NCBI GenBank assembly: GCA_964562165.1 | Contig: CAZLRZ010000001.1 | Coordinates: 1,349 to 65,348, forward strand | Length of the DNA: 64,000 nt | From: an uncultured Candidatus Saccharibacteria bacterium | GTDB taxonomy: Bacteria > Patescibacteriota > Dojkabacteria > B142 > OLB20 | Direction: 5' to 3' | Shown here: piece by piece, positions 27,098-36,682 of the stretch | Layout: every line of letters starts with the position of its first letter | Numbering within the stretch: the first letter of the stretch is position 1 | Notes under the pieces: generated by a model | Database searches by the model: none | Seen by the model: the letters and a program-made list of their open reading frames with translations, nothing else | What the model was told of the DNA's origin: nothing | Program-made: the position numbers and the translations under genes

Positions 27098-28675
27098 TTA
27101 AGACCTATCTACAAATTGAAGTCTATCCGCAACTTTTACCTCTGGCAATTTTTCATCTAGTCCGCTCCAAATTGGATCTAAAACAGATAGAGCTTTTAAC
27201 CAATCCCTTGTTAATTTTCTGTATGCAATATGACCCCCATTTCTGGTTCTAAGGGCAATTGTATAGGCAATATCATCAAAGGATCCATAGAATTTGTAAA
27301 ATACTTTGTATCCATGGTTTAATACATACCTTCCATATTCAAAAGCTAGTTCCTTTCCAAGTTCTTTTCTGAGTAACTTATACCAGACCTTAACTTCAGA
27401 ATAGTATTCGGTCATACACTTTAAATATTTTGCCTTTAAATCTTTAAACACTGGAAGTTCCAAGTAGTCACACAATCGAAACATTTCCTCCGGATCGCGT
27501 TCCATTTCTTTATCAAAATCCAATTCTTCCTCAAAAAGAGGAATAAACTTCTCAAAACTTCTATGTCTTACCAAGTCTTTTATGGCGCCATAGTCGGCCT
27601 GTCCACTAATTAAATACGAACCGGACTGCCCAACATTCCCAAGTTGATGGTGATGATCGTGACTTTTAAAAATGATTTTACTTACTTTCTTTTTTAATTT
27701 TTCAAAATCCTCTTCACTTAAAAGCAGCTTTGAATTGGGATTAATTAACAAACTATAATTTTCAATTAATTCAGCGGATGGATCCCTATTTGGACTTACA
27801 AAAAGTTCAAAAGGTATTTCTGACGTTCTCAATTTCCCGATCAGATTTAGGATCTCACTAGTGCTGGTATTCCTACTCGAATCGGCTTCGGTATGTCTAA
27901 TTAGCCCATCAGCTTCGGGAATATATCCCATTTTTTTTAGGTTTTCAGTACCCATTAAAAGCTGATAAATCAATTCCCCAAGTTCTCGTTCTATTGAGAA
28001 TTTACTAGCTCTGTAATACGAAATCCTTTCCGCCCAAGCTCTAGCCGACATTAATACACCCATCGAAGTCTGCAGGCCAATAGGCAAGAAATACCTTATG
28101 GTATCAAAGACTCTGGCTTTTAATGCAGATCTTTCATTAACATCATCGGTAACTTTGTAGTATTCAATAAAAGCCTTCTCAGTTTCGTCTTTAAGATCTG
28201 AATAGTTTTGGAGAGACTTTTCAAGCAAAGAATTGTATCCATTCTCAACCTTTTTGCTTACCTTAATCGTGGATGGGAATTTAATATATTTGGGTTTTGA
28301 AAAATCCTGATATCTTGTTGACCTTTCTTGTCCTGCATGAACTGGATTTGCATAAAAAAACCTTTGCGCAGCAAATATTGGAATATTCTCTAAGGCAAGG
28401 AATATATCTGCCATATCGCCAACTGATTTGTGTCCATAATTATAAAAAATCGCTTCAAGTTTTTTTGACGCGTCTTTCCCCGATTCATAAATTTCTTTAG
28501 CAATATCAACAATAGGATCCGCCGATCTTGAATACCTTGCCCCTAAAAAGGCATTAATAGAAGGCTGTTTGGCCTCGGTATTTTGCAATAAGACATTAAC
28601 TTTAAGATTATGCCAACTATGCTCTGGATTCGAAATTGAAGCTATATGCAAGTCCTTGAAAAAGTCTTCATTCAT
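27098..28675 (-). CDS. ThyX-like (flavin-dependent thymidylate synthase family) protein with two tandem, mutually complementary degenerate domains
   Basis: First half has …QERSTRY (an SxRY-like motif) but no RHR. Second half has LVRHRSFEKF (RHR) but no SxRY. 525 aa is about twice a ThyX monomer. Confidence 0.3.
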   Translation of the reverse strand: MNEDFFKDLHIASISNPEHSWHNLKVNVLLQNTEAKQPSINAFLGARYSRSADPIVDIAKEIYESGKDASKKLEAIFYNYGHKSVGDMADIFLALENIPIFAAQRFFYANPVHAGQERSTRYQDFSKPKYIKFPSTIKVSKKVENGYNSLLEKSLQNYSDLKDETEKAFIEYYKVTDDVNERSALKARVFDTIRYFLPIGLQTSMGVLMSARAWAERISYYRASKFSIERELGELIYQLLMGTENLKKMGYIPEADGLIRHTEADSSRNTSTSEILNLIGKLRTSEIPFELFVSPNRDPSAELIENYSLLINPNSKLLLSEEDFEKLKKKVSKIIFKSHDHHHQLGNVGQSGSYLISGQADYGAIKDLVRHRSFEKFIPLFEEELDFDKEMERDPEEMFRLCDYLELPVFKDLKAKYLKCMTEYYSEVKVWYKLLRKELGKELAFEYGRYVLNHGYKVFYKFYGSFDDIAYTIALRTRNGGHIAYRKLTRDWLKALSVLDPIWSGLDEKLPEVKVADRLQFVDRS

Positions 28676-28759
28676 ACGTAAGAAAGAAAGAATTTATTTA
28701 TTAAATTATTATGCCATGATATCTAAAAATCTGTCCAATTTAATTGGCAACAAATTTTT

Positions 28760-28793
28760 AGACAAAAAAAATCCCAAATTTCTTTGGGATTTT
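28760..28793 (-). terminator. Rho-independent terminator at the end of the ribosomal super-operon (after rpsI)
   Basis: AAATCCCAAA-GAAA-TTTGGGATTT hairpin followed by an 8-U run on the minus strand. Confidence 0.6.
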
Positions 28794-28814
28794 AAAATTC
28801 TTTTTACTACAATT

Positions 28815-29216
28815 TTAACGTTTACTGTACTGTGGACCTTTTCTAGCTTTTCTAAGACCGGTATGTTTTCTTTCAACCATTCTATCGTCTCTAGACATGA
28901 ATCCTAGCTTCTTAAGTACTGTTTTGAACTCTGGATCCATATTAACTAATGCTCTTGCAATACCATGTATTACAGCCCCTTTTTGACCATTAACTCCACC
29001 GCCGATTGCTCTGGCTGTGAAATATACTTTATCTTGAAGTTCTAAGGCTTTTAATGGAGCTATAATTTCATTTCTGTCGTTTTCCCATTTAAAATATTCC
29101 TTTAATGGTTTTTTATTAACCATACTATCTCCTTTACCTTCGTAAATTCTAACACCTGCAATTGAAGTTTTTCTTCTTCCTTTTGCGTAATAATATTTTT
29201 TACTCTGCTTTTCCAT
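28815..29216 (-). CDS. rpsI: 30S ribosomal protein S9
   Basis: …GRRKTSIAGVRIY…HGIARALV…C-terminal LRKARKGPQYSKR. Confidence 0.9.
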   Translation of the reverse strand: MEKQSKKYYYAKGRRKTSIAGVRIYEGKGDSMVNKKPLKEYFKWENDRNEIIAPLKALELQDKVYFTARAIGGGVNGQKGAVIHGIARALVNMDPEFKTVLKKLGFMSRDDRMVERKHTGLRKARKGPQYSKR

Positions 29217-29238
29217 TAGTTTATTGTTTATTTAAATA

Positions 29239-29673
29239 TTATAACTTTATAATTTCTGGTTTTTGCGCATCTAAATCGTGTTGATCGGTTGCAAATACCC
29301 TTAAATTCTTGAGCATTTTTCTGCCCATTTTATTCTTTGGCAACATTCCCCATACTGCTTTTCTAATAACATAATCTGGTCTTGAAGCCAAAAGTTCTGT
29401 TATTGGTTTCGTGGTTAATCCACCTGGGAAGTCAGAATGCCATGAATAAGTTTTCTTTGATTCGGTAGTTTTGTTTAAATCGACTTTACCTGCGTTAATT
29501 ACACAAACTCTGTCTCCGATAAACAAATGATCAGCCTGTTCAACTTTATCTTTACCCATTAAAAGTGTTGCAATCTTAACGGTTAATTTGCCGAATCTAA
29601 CGCCTTTGGCATCAATTACAACCCATTTATTGACTAATTCTTTCTCTTTAATTGCTCTTGTAGTATTGTTCAT
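29239..29673 (-). CDS. rplM: 50S ribosomal protein L13
   Basis: KWVVIDAKGVRFGKL…GDRVCVINA…PGGL; 144 aa. Confidence 0.9.
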   Translation of the reverse strand: MNNTTRAIKEKELVNKWVVIDAKGVRFGKLTVKIATLLMGKDKVEQADHLFIGDRVCVINAGKVDLNKTTESKKTYSWHSDFPGGLTTKPITELLASRPDYVIRKAVWGMLPKNKMGRKMLKNLRVFATDQHDLDAQKPEIIKL

Positions 29674-29678
29674 AATTT

Positions 29679-30212
29679 TTAAATTCCTGATCTAGTTTTA
29701 ATTTTTGCAGCAGAAACATTCCCTGCAACTTGAGCGTGACCTTTTTGGTCTTTTGAAATGTTGAAATCTTTTTTGCTAGCTGACTTTTCTTCAACTTCTT
29801 TATCAGCCTTCTTCTTTGAAGCTTGAACCTTTTTACCAATTTCTTTGTATTCGTAACCTTTTACCATCAATTTGACGACATCAGATGAGTCACCTTTTCT
29901 TTGGCCAAGTTTATATACTTTTACTAATCCACTAACTTCTTTTTCGAATCTTTTTGCATAAACTTCGATAAGTTTGCTGACGGCATTATCATTAGCAACT
30001 TTTTGTTTTAAAAGTCTAGCTTTTGATAAGGCATTTTTATCGCTTTTTGCAATTTTGACTAATTTGTCAAATTCCCCAACTACCAATTTTGATTTTTGTT
30101 TTGTAGTTGTTAGGTGCTCGTAGATAATTAAATCGCTTAAAAGATTCTTTTGTAAAGAGTTTCTATGCGAAGCTTTAATACCTACCTTTGAAATCATTGT
30201 TTTACTATTCAT
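29679..30212 (-). CDS. rplQ: 50S ribosomal protein L17 with a ~55-aa Lys-rich C-terminal extension
   Basis: SHRNSLQKNLLSDLIIYEHLTTTKQKSKLVVGEFDKLV matches the L17 core. 177 aa against ~120 typical. Confidence 0.85.
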   Translation of the reverse strand: MNSKTMISKVGIKASHRNSLQKNLLSDLIIYEHLTTTKQKSKLVVGEFDKLVKIAKSDKNALSKARLLKQKVANDNAVSKLIEVYAKRFEKEVSGLVKVYKLGQRKGDSSDVVKLMVKGYEYKEIGKKVQASKKKADKEVEEKSASKKDFNISKDQKGHAQVAGNVSAAKIKTRSGI

Positions 30213-30216
30213 TACC

Positions 30217-31161
30217 TTAATCCATTAAACTAAGATTATTTACAGACATTACCTCGATGAGTTCAGTCAAAGACTTTTTACCCATTCCTCTAAAATTTGC
30301 GACTTCATCCATTCTATATTTGGTTAAATCATTCAAATTAGTGATACCTGCATTTAACAAGGCATTACTTAATCTTGTAGAAAGATTTAATTCGCCAATT
30401 AAGATCTTCTTTTCTTCTTTCATATCACTTAAATCATCGACTTTAGTCATTTCTTTAAGCATATCCGAATCACCACCCAATAAATCAACCAATCTATTAG
30501 CTATAGAATCATAGATTTCAGCAGCTTTTAACATTGCATCAAATGGAGAAATTGTTCCATTTGTTGAAATGAAAAGATCGATTTGATCATAGTTTGTGTT
30601 TTTTCCGACTCTGGTTTTGCTTAATTCAACCTGAACTTGTTTTACAGGAGAAAAAATTGAATCTACAGGAATAGTTCCTAATTCTTCTCTAAGTTCTTCG
30701 TTTGGATATGCATAACCAACACCTGCTTCAATAGTAGCTTCAACTTTTAACTCAACATCAGCTGTTAGATGGCCTAAGACCAATTCAGAATTAATAATTT
30801 CGACACCATTTGGCAATTCAAAATCAGAAGCCTTAACTTCAACGACTTTATCTTTCTTGCCCTTTACAGTCAATTTAATGACCTTTTTTTCTTCACCTTC
30901 TAGTTTAATCGATAAATCTTTCAATTTAAGGATAAAAGTTAGAACATCTTCTTGTAAACCATTCATTGAAGCATATTCATGCTTTACTCCATCGATTTTA
31001 ACTCCGGTAATTGCTGCACCAGGAATGGAAGATAATAATAATCTTCTTAATGTGTTTGAAAGAGTGACTCCGTATCCTTTTGGTAAAGGTCCGATTTTGT
31101 AGTGAGCAAATTTCGAATCCTCTTTCTCTTTTGTGATTTTAAATAAGTCTAAGCCGATCAT
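30217..31161 (-). CDS. rpoA: DNA-directed RNA polymerase alpha subunit
   Basis: N-terminal dimerisation domain (…GPLPKGYGVTLSNTLRRLLLSSIPGAAITGVKIDGV…) and C-terminal alpha-CTD (…ELNLSTRLSNALLNAGITNLNDL…). 314 aa. Confidence 0.9.
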   Translation of the reverse strand: MIGLDLFKITKEKEDSKFAHYKIGPLPKGYGVTLSNTLRRLLLSSIPGAAITGVKIDGVKHEYASMNGLQEDVLTFILKLKDLSIKLEGEEKKVIKLTVKGKKDKVVEVKASDFELPNGVEIINSELVLGHLTADVELKVEATIEAGVGYAYPNEELREELGTIPVDSIFSPVKQVQVELSKTRVGKNTNYDQIDLFISTNGTISPFDAMLKAAEIYDSIANRLVDLLGGDSDMLKEMTKVDDLSDMKEEKKILIGELNLSTRLSNALLNAGITNLNDLTKYRMDEVANFRGMGKKSLTELIEVMSVNNLSLMD

Positions 31162-31185
31162 GATTGCTAATAAATGTAAAAAATA

Positions 31186-31779
31186 TTATTGTCTTGAATA
31201 AAGCTCAATTATCAACTGTTCTTTTATACCTTGATCCATCATTTCTCTAGTTGGTAGAGAAGCGACTTTGTTATTTTCTAACCAGGCAGGAACAATAACC
31301 TTTTTTGCTTTATTTTCGGTTTGAATTATTGAAACTATATTCCCCTTTGAAAACTTTGGAGAATATTCAATAACATCATTTACTTTACAGGAATATGATG
31401 GAATATCTAGTTTCTTACCATTAACCAAAATATGACCATGTGTTACAAACTGTCTTGCTTGGAAAATGCTATTTGCCATGCCCAATTTGTAAACAACATT
31501 GTCTAATCTTAATTCTAATAGTTGTAATAATCTCAAACCAGTATTACCGGTTGATTTAATTGCTAGTTCATAAGTTTTATGAAATTGTTTTTCTAACATT
31601 CCGAACATTCTTTTTACTTTTTGCTTCTCTCTAAACTGAACTGAATAGTTAGAAGGTCTACCTTTAGAAACTGGATGTTGTCCAGGTAAAGTTGGGCGTT
31701 TTCGCCATTTAGAATTACCAAAAAGATCATAATTTTCTCTTCTTGATTGTTTCCATTTTGAACCAGTATATCTTGCCAT
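31186..31779 (-). CDS. rpsD: 30S ribosomal protein S4
   Basis: MARYTGSKWKQSRRE…; S4 domain LDNVVYKLGMA. Confidence 0.9.
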   Translation of the reverse strand: MARYTGSKWKQSRRENYDLFGNSKWRKRPTLPGQHPVSKGRPSNYSVQFREKQKVKRMFGMLEKQFHKTYELAIKSTGNTGLRLLQLLELRLDNVVYKLGMANSIFQARQFVTHGHILVNGKKLDIPSYSCKVNDVIEYSPKFSKGNIVSIIQTENKAKKVIVPAWLENNKVASLPTREMMDQGIKEQLIIELYSRQ

Positions 31780-31796
31780 AGTTTCTTATAATAATG

Positions 31797-32219
31797 TTAT
31801 TGTCTAGGTAATTTCCTAGGTGATTCGCCACCATGTGGTACAGGTGTGAAATCTGATAATGAAATAATGTTTAAACCAGCTGATCTTAAACCCTTAACTG
31901 CTGCTTGTCTGCCCATACCCGCTCCTTTAATGATAACCATTGCTTCTTTAACTCCAAACTTTTGTGCTTTAGCAACTGCATCTTCTGCAGCTTTTGTTGC
32001 AGCATATGCTGTACTCTTTTTTGATCCGGAAAATCCAACTACACCCGAACTACTTTGGACCAAAACATTTCCATCATAATCGGCAACTGTAACAATAGTA
32101 TTGTTATAGCTAGAATGTACAAAGATTTTAACTTTTTGTACTTGTACTTTCTTTTTCTTTTTCTCAACAACTTTTTGTTGTTTTACTTTTGTTGTTTGTT
32201 TTTGTACTTTTGCAGCCAC
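31797..32219 (-). CDS. rpsK: 30S ribosomal protein S11 with a Lys-rich N-terminal extension
   Basis: …GVVGFSGSKKSTAYAA…IKGAGMGRQAAVKGL…. Confidence 0.9.
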   Translation of the reverse strand: MAAKVQKQTTKVKQQKVVEKKKKKVQVQKVKIFVHSSYNNTIVTVADYDGNVLVQSSSGVVGFSGSKKSTAYAATKAAEDAVAKAQKFGVKEAMVIIKGAGMGRQAAVKGLRSAGLNIISLSDFTPVPHGGESPRKLPRQ

Positions 32220-32255
32220 TACTTTTAATTTAATAAAAAATATTTAATTTAAAGA

Positions 32256-32636
32256 CTATGTCTTTTCAAGTTTTCTCTTTAATCCACCTACAGCGATGTT
32301 CTTACCTTTTCTGGTTACAGCATTAGATCTTGTCCTTTGTCCGCGCACAGGTAAGCCTAATTTATGTCTGATACCTCTATAACATTTGATATCTTTAAGT
32401 CTTTTAATGTCTCGGAAATACTTTTGTTTTAAGTCTCCCTCAACAAGAATAGTTTTGATTTGATTAGCAAGTCTTTGAACTTCTGCTTCAGAAAGATCCT
32501 TGATACGTGTATCTGCAGAAACATTAGCAAGTTTCAACATTTTAGCAGCAGTATGTGGGCCAACGCCAAAAATATAAGTTAAGCCAATTTCGGCTCTTTT
32601 TTCATTTGGTAATTCAACTCCAGCAATTCTAGCCAT
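32256..32636 (-). CDS. rpsM: 30S ribosomal protein S13
   Basis: [26 protein letters not shown]…. Confidence 0.9.
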   Translation of the reverse strand: MARIAGVELPNEKRAEIGLTYIFGVGPHTAAKMLKLANVSADTRIKDLSEAEVQRLANQIKTILVEGDLKQKYFRDIKRLKDIKCYRGIRHKLGLPVRGQRTRSNAVTRKGKNIAVGGLKRKLEKT

Positions 32637-32660
32637 TATTTTTAAATAATTAATAATTAA

Positions 32661-32792
32661 TTAACCCTGTCTTTGTTTATGACGGGGATTACGTTTACAA
32701 TAAACATAAAGGACCTTTGTGCCAGCTTTGTTTCTTCTTCTAACGAAGTAACAATGTTCACATCTTTTTTTTACGCTTGCTTTTACTTTCAT
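32661..32792 (-). CDS. rpmJ: 50S ribosomal protein L36 (Zn-ribbon type), 43 aa with an internal insertion
   Basis: Manual translation gives [43 protein letters not shown] (compare the canonical [37 protein letters not shown]). Not in the ORF track because it is shorter than 60 aa. Confidence 0.8.
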   Translation of the reverse strand: MKVKASVKKRCEHCYFVRRRNKAGTKVLYVYCKRNPRHKQRQG

Positions 32793-32794
32793 AA

Positions 32795-33025
32795 TTAGTA
32801 TCGATAAATTATCCTACCTTTTGTAAGATCATAGGGTGAAATTTCAATGTCAACCTGATCTCCAACTAGTAATTTTATATAATGCATTCGCATTTTTCCT
32901 GAAATATAGGCAAAAATCATGTGATCTTTACCGGCAATATTTATATTAACTTTGAACTTAGTCCCAGGCAGAGTTTCTAATACTGTACCTTTAACTTTAA
33001 TAGTTTTTCTGGGATCTACAATCAT
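32795..33025 (-). CDS. infA: Translation initiation factor IF-1
   Basis: …[17 protein letters not shown]…[33 protein letters not shown]…; 76 aa. Confidence 0.9.
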   Translation of the reverse strand: MIVDPRKTIKVKGTVLETLPGTKFKVNINIAGKDHMIFAYISGKMRMHYIKLLVGDQVDIEISPYDLTKGRIIYRY

Positions 33026-33091
33026 AAACCCTTATGTAACAATAATAATAAAAGAGCAATACAACTACAACAGAAAAATTCTGATTGTGTC

Positions 33092-33120
33092 ATTATAACA
33101 AATGAATTACTTTGATTCAA
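33092..33120 (-). promoter_or_regulatory. Candidate sigma70-type internal promoter for infA-rpmJ-rpsM…
   Basis: The minus strand reads TTGAAT-(17 nt)-TATAAT in the 129-nt secY-infA spacer. The -10 is at 33092-33097 and the -35 at 33115-33120. Confidence 0.4.
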
Positions 33121-33154
33121 TAGAATCTTAGTATATTCTTGTTACTTTGTATTC

Positions 33155-34645
33155 TTATTTAAACTGATCGTAACTTCTAGTTACAGCAACCGACTTAACC
33201 TGTCTTAAAGTGTCAATAACGACACCAACGACAATCAATAAACTAGTACCACCGATTCCACTAAATAAGGACAGATTTGCACCATTTGGTAATAATCTCA
33301 ATAAGGTTGGGACCAAACTTACCACCCCTAGGAACAAAGCTCCCCACAATGTTAATCTCAATAATATAGACAAAATGAATTTTTCAGTTTCTTTGCCAGG
33401 TCTAATGCCTGGAATAAAGCCTCCACTCTTTTTTAAATTATCGGCTGTTTCAGATGGCTTAAATGTTACCAAGGTGTAGAAATAAGTAAAAGCAACTATT
33501 AGTAATAAATACACAGCTTCGTAGGCAATAAAGTTTCCAGAATTGGTGCTAGAATAGCCCGATCCAAGAAACGAGTTAGTAATAAATGTTCCTGCCTTAT
33601 GAAGGAAGGAATCAGCACTAGCAATACTAGTTAAGATTTGAGCTAAGACTTGTGGGAATGTTAATAGAGCCGATGCAAAAATTACAGGCATAACTCCAGC
33701 CTGATTAATTTTTAAAGGCAAGAAGCTACTCTGGCCGGATTGTGTTGCTCGAACTCTGCTTGCATATTGAATAGTAATCTTCCTAACTGCTTCAGTAATA
33801 AAAGTAATCCCAAATATAAGTATGAACAAGGCCAAAATTGACAGATAGACTGTAATCATATTGGGGCTTGTTAATACACTAAAGTTCCCATTTTGGAATA
33901 ATAAGTTTAGATCATTTTGTACAAAGGAAAAATCTCTAACTATTAAACCCGGTATTGTGCTCAATATTCCAATAGTAATAATAATCGAAGACCCATTACC
34001 TATTCCATGTTCTGTAATTAATTCACCGATCCACATCAAAATCATTGAGCCAGCGGTAAGAGACGCAACCATACTTACTATATCTAATGTTGTGATTCCA
34101 TCTAATAATCCGGCTAATGAAGGCATAGTTTGCGCTACATTCTTCATTACTGTATAGATGACAATTGCCTGAATTAAGTTTAAAGGCACAGCGAGCATTC
34201 TTGTGTATGAGTTTATTACCTTTCGTCCACGTTCACCCTCTTTTTGAAGTTCTTCAAGTTTAGGGATAATAGTACCTAATATTTGTAAGATAATTGAAGC
34301 ATTAATATATGCACCTAAACCAATAGCTACTACAGAAGGATTGTCTAAACGACCACCGGTAACTATAGTAAAAATGTTATTCAAGGGATTATTTCCAAAA
34401 ACCTCATTGAATAATTTCATATCAATGCCAGGAAGTGGTACTGCAGCAAGTATTCTATAAACTAAGATCAAGCCTAAAGTGATGAAAATCTTTTTCTGTA
34501 CTTCTTTTGTTTTTAAAGCAGTGATAAAAGAATTTGGATTGAATTTAGTAGAAGGTAATTTAACCTTATTTTTTAAAGGTTGTACAGTATTTTTAATCCT
34601 GTTCTTAAAATTAGAAAGGGATGTATTAAGATTGATCTTTGACAT
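33155..34645 (-). CDS. secY: Preprotein translocase SecY with a ~40-aa N-terminal extension
   Basis: 10-TM topology. …ALGIMPYISASI-like and GIQPGIRPG-like (FIPGIRPGKETEKF) motifs. 496 aa. Confidence 0.9.
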   Translation of the reverse strand: MSKINLNTSLSNFKNRIKNTVQPLKNKVKLPSTKFNPNSFITALKTKEVQKKIFITLGLILVYRILAAVPLPGIDMKLFNEVFGNNPLNNIFTIVTGGRLDNPSVVAIGLGAYINASIILQILGTIIPKLEELQKEGERGRKVINSYTRMLAVPLNLIQAIVIYTVMKNVAQTMPSLAGLLDGITTLDIVSMVASLTAGSMILMWIGELITEHGIGNGSSIIITIGILSTIPGLIVRDFSFVQNDLNLLFQNGNFSVLTSPNMITVYLSILALFILIFGITFITEAVRKITIQYASRVRATQSGQSSFLPLKINQAGVMPVIFASALLTFPQVLAQILTSIASADSFLHKAGTFITNSFLGSGYSSTNSGNFIAYEAVYLLLIVAFTYFYTLVTFKPSETADNLKKSGGFIPGIRPGKETEKFILSILLRLTLWGALFLGVVSLVPTLLRLLPNGANLSLFSGIGGTSLLIVVGVVIDTLRQVKSVAVTRSYDQFK

Positions 34646-34650
34646 TAAGT

Positions 34651-35094
34651 TTAGTTAATTTTAGAACCGCCTTTTTCAACAGCTATTTTAGCAGTTTTTG
34701 AAAATGGAATATCTTTAAACTGTAATTTCTTTAGTAAGTCACCTTTTGAAACGACTTTTACTTTGGTTGCACTATTTGATACGACTCTTTTTTCTTTAAG
34801 AGATTTCATATCTACGATTGAATCGTTGTCAAAAATGTTTAAAGAAGATAATGCTATTGTTTGATTTGTCTTTTCTGTTTTGAAATATCTTCTAGAAAAT
34901 CCTTTTAACTTAGGAATTCTTCTTGATAAAGGCATTGAACCTCCTTCAAAAGCTGGTCTTGGATTTGAATAACCCGATCTTGATTTATGACCTTTTGTTC
35001 CTCTTCCGGTGGTATGACTACCTTTACCTGTACCATAACCTCTTCCTATTCTTTTTCCGTCATGAAATTTTATTTTTGGTAATGTGTTTAACAT
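34651..35094 (-). CDS. rplO: 50S ribosomal protein L15
   Basis: GRGYGTGKGSHTTGRGTKGHKSRSG… Gly/Arg-rich N-terminus typical of L15. Confidence 0.9.
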   Translation of the reverse strand: MLNTLPKIKFHDGKRIGRGYGTGKGSHTTGRGTKGHKSRSGYSNPRPAFEGGSMPLSRRIPKLKGFSRRYFKTEKTNQTIALSSLNIFDNDSIVDMKSLKEKRVVSNSATKVKVVSKGDLLKKLQFKDIPFSKTAKIAVEKGGSKIN

Positions 35095-35104
35095 AGCTAT
35101 TTCT

Positions 35105-35740
35105 TTAATTTATTTTCTTTAAATTTTGTAGGGCTTCAATACATGCATAGGCATTGTTTATAGCATTATTTGAACCAATTACTTTTGTTAAAATATCTTG
35201 AACACCAATTACTTCTAATACAGCTCTAAGAGATGATCCGGCAATAACTCCTGTACCAGGACTTGCAGGTTTTAACATTATTCTTGCAGCAGCCTTTTTG
35301 TAAAAGATTTGATGAGCAATTGTTTTACCTTTTAAATCAATCTGAACCATACTCTTTTTAGCTTTGTTGAAAGCTTTTGCTTCTGCGCTTACTACGTCAG
35401 CACCTTTTCCGATTGCAATACCAATTTTTCCTTTTCTATCACCAACTACTAAGCAAACGCTTAATCTCATTCTTTTACCACCACTGTATGTTCTTGATAC
35501 TCTTCTAATTGAAACGATCTTCTTTTCTAAATCACCATCTTGTCTATCTTTTTTATTGAAAGGTTTTCTTTCTCTTCCACCCTGTCTTTGTCCTTGGCCT
35601 TGTCTTTGTCCAGGTCTTTGACCTTGTCTTTGTTGACCAAATGGTTGTCTTTGTTGTCCTTGTGGTGCCTGTGCTGTTTCGTTAGAAACTTTAGCTTCGA
35701 CTTTGTTTTCTGTTTTGATTGTTTCTTTTACTTCAGACAT
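35105..35740 (-). CDS. rpsE: 30S ribosomal protein S5 with a Q/R/G-repeat N-terminal extension
   Basis: The S5 core (…RVSRTYSGGKRMRLSVCLVVGD…GTGVIAGSSLRAVLEV…) is preceded by QGQQRQPFGQQRQGQRPGQRQGQGQRQGG. Confidence 0.9.
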   Translation of the reverse strand: MSEVKETIKTENKVEAKVSNETAQAPQGQQRQPFGQQRQGQRPGQRQGQGQRQGGRERKPFNKKDRQDGDLEKKIVSIRRVSRTYSGGKRMRLSVCLVVGDRKGKIGIAIGKGADVVSAEAKAFNKAKKSMVQIDLKGKTIAHQIFYKKAAARIMLKPASPGTGVIAGSSLRAVLEVIGVQDILTKVIGSNNAINNAYACIEALQNLKKIN

Positions 35741-35762
35741 TTTTTATATAATAATTTTTTGA

Positions 35763-36104
35763 TTAAAATTCTAAACCGCCTTCTCTTGCACCATCTGCGA
35801 AAGCTTTGATTCTTCCGTGATATTTATAACCATTTCGGTCGAAGACGACTTTTTTAATTTTTGATTTAATTGCTAATGCAGCAATTGATTTTCCTACTTG
35901 TGTTGATTTCTCAACGTTTGTTCCTTTAGTCAAATCTTTATCACCTAAACTACAGATTGTAACACCTGCTTCATCATCAACCAATTGCCCATAAATATGA
36001 GCATTTGATCTGTAAACAGATAATCTTGGCATTTTAGCTGTTCCGCTAACTTTACCTCTTATTCTGTTTTTTCTTCTTTGTCTTTTAAATATTTTTGTTT
36101 CCAT
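35763..36104 (-). CDS. rplR: 50S ribosomal protein L18
   Basis: …RLSVYRSNAHIYGQLVDD…; C-terminal GREGGLEF. Confidence 0.9.
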   Translation of the reverse strand: METKIFKRQRRKNRIRGKVSGTAKMPRLSVYRSNAHIYGQLVDDEAGVTICSLGDKDLTKGTNVEKSTQVGKSIAALAIKSKIKKVVFDRNGYKYHGRIKAFADGAREGGLEF

Positions 36105-36117
36105 TTTATTTATTCAA

Positions 36118-36678
36118 TTATTTAGATGCTGCAGTTTTTCCTGCTTTTCTCTTAACTTCTTCGCCAAGATATCTTATACCTTTACCTTTGTAAGGTTCTG
36201 GTTTTCTTAATGCACGAATTTCTGAAGCTACTTGACCTACCATTTGTTTATCACATCCTGTAATGACAATATTAGTGTCATCTTTCATTTTAATTGTGAT
36301 ACCCTCTGGAGCTGTATAGTTTACTTTATGAGAAAACCCTAAAGCCAATTCAATTGCATTGCCTTTTTGTGCACCACGATAGCCAACTCCTTGAATTTCC
36401 AATTTCTTTTCGAATGGAGTAACAACTCCTTGAACCATATTTGCAATAAGACTTCTAAAAAGACCGTGATAAGCTTTTACTTGTTTATCATCGGATTCTC
36501 TTGTAACCTTCAAAACATTGTTTTCAATTTCAACCTTTACACCTGGTCTAGTATCTAATTTAAGTTCACCTTGTGGACCTGTTACTGTTATTGTTTGATT
36601 TTCATATAAACCACCATCAGCAACATTAATAGTTACTTTTTCTGGAATTGTTATAAGTTTTTTTCCGATCTTAGACAT
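36118..36678 (-). CDS. rplF: 50S ribosomal protein L6 (start taken at the internal Met MSKIGKK; the longest ORF extends to 36714)
   Basis: MSKIGKKLITIPEKVTINV…; two L6 repeats. The shorter start avoids overlap with rpsH. Confidence 0.9.
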   Translation of the reverse strand: MSKIGKKLITIPEKVTINVADGGLYENQTITVTGPQGELKLDTRPGVKVEIENNVLKVTRESDDKQVKAYHGLFRSLIANMVQGVVTPFEKKLEIQGVGYRGAQKGNAIELALGFSHKVNYTAPEGITIKMKDDTNIVITGCDKQMVGQVASEIRALRKPEPYKGKGIRYLGEEVKRKAGKTAASK

Positions 36679-36682
36679 GTTA

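Noticed and set aside
35364-35809. Repetitive plus-strand ORFs (SLSLALSLSRSLTLSLL…) and a tandem DNA repeat
   Set aside because: They are antisense to the Q/R/G-repeat N-tail of rpsE, so the repeat is coding and not a CRISPR array or satellite.
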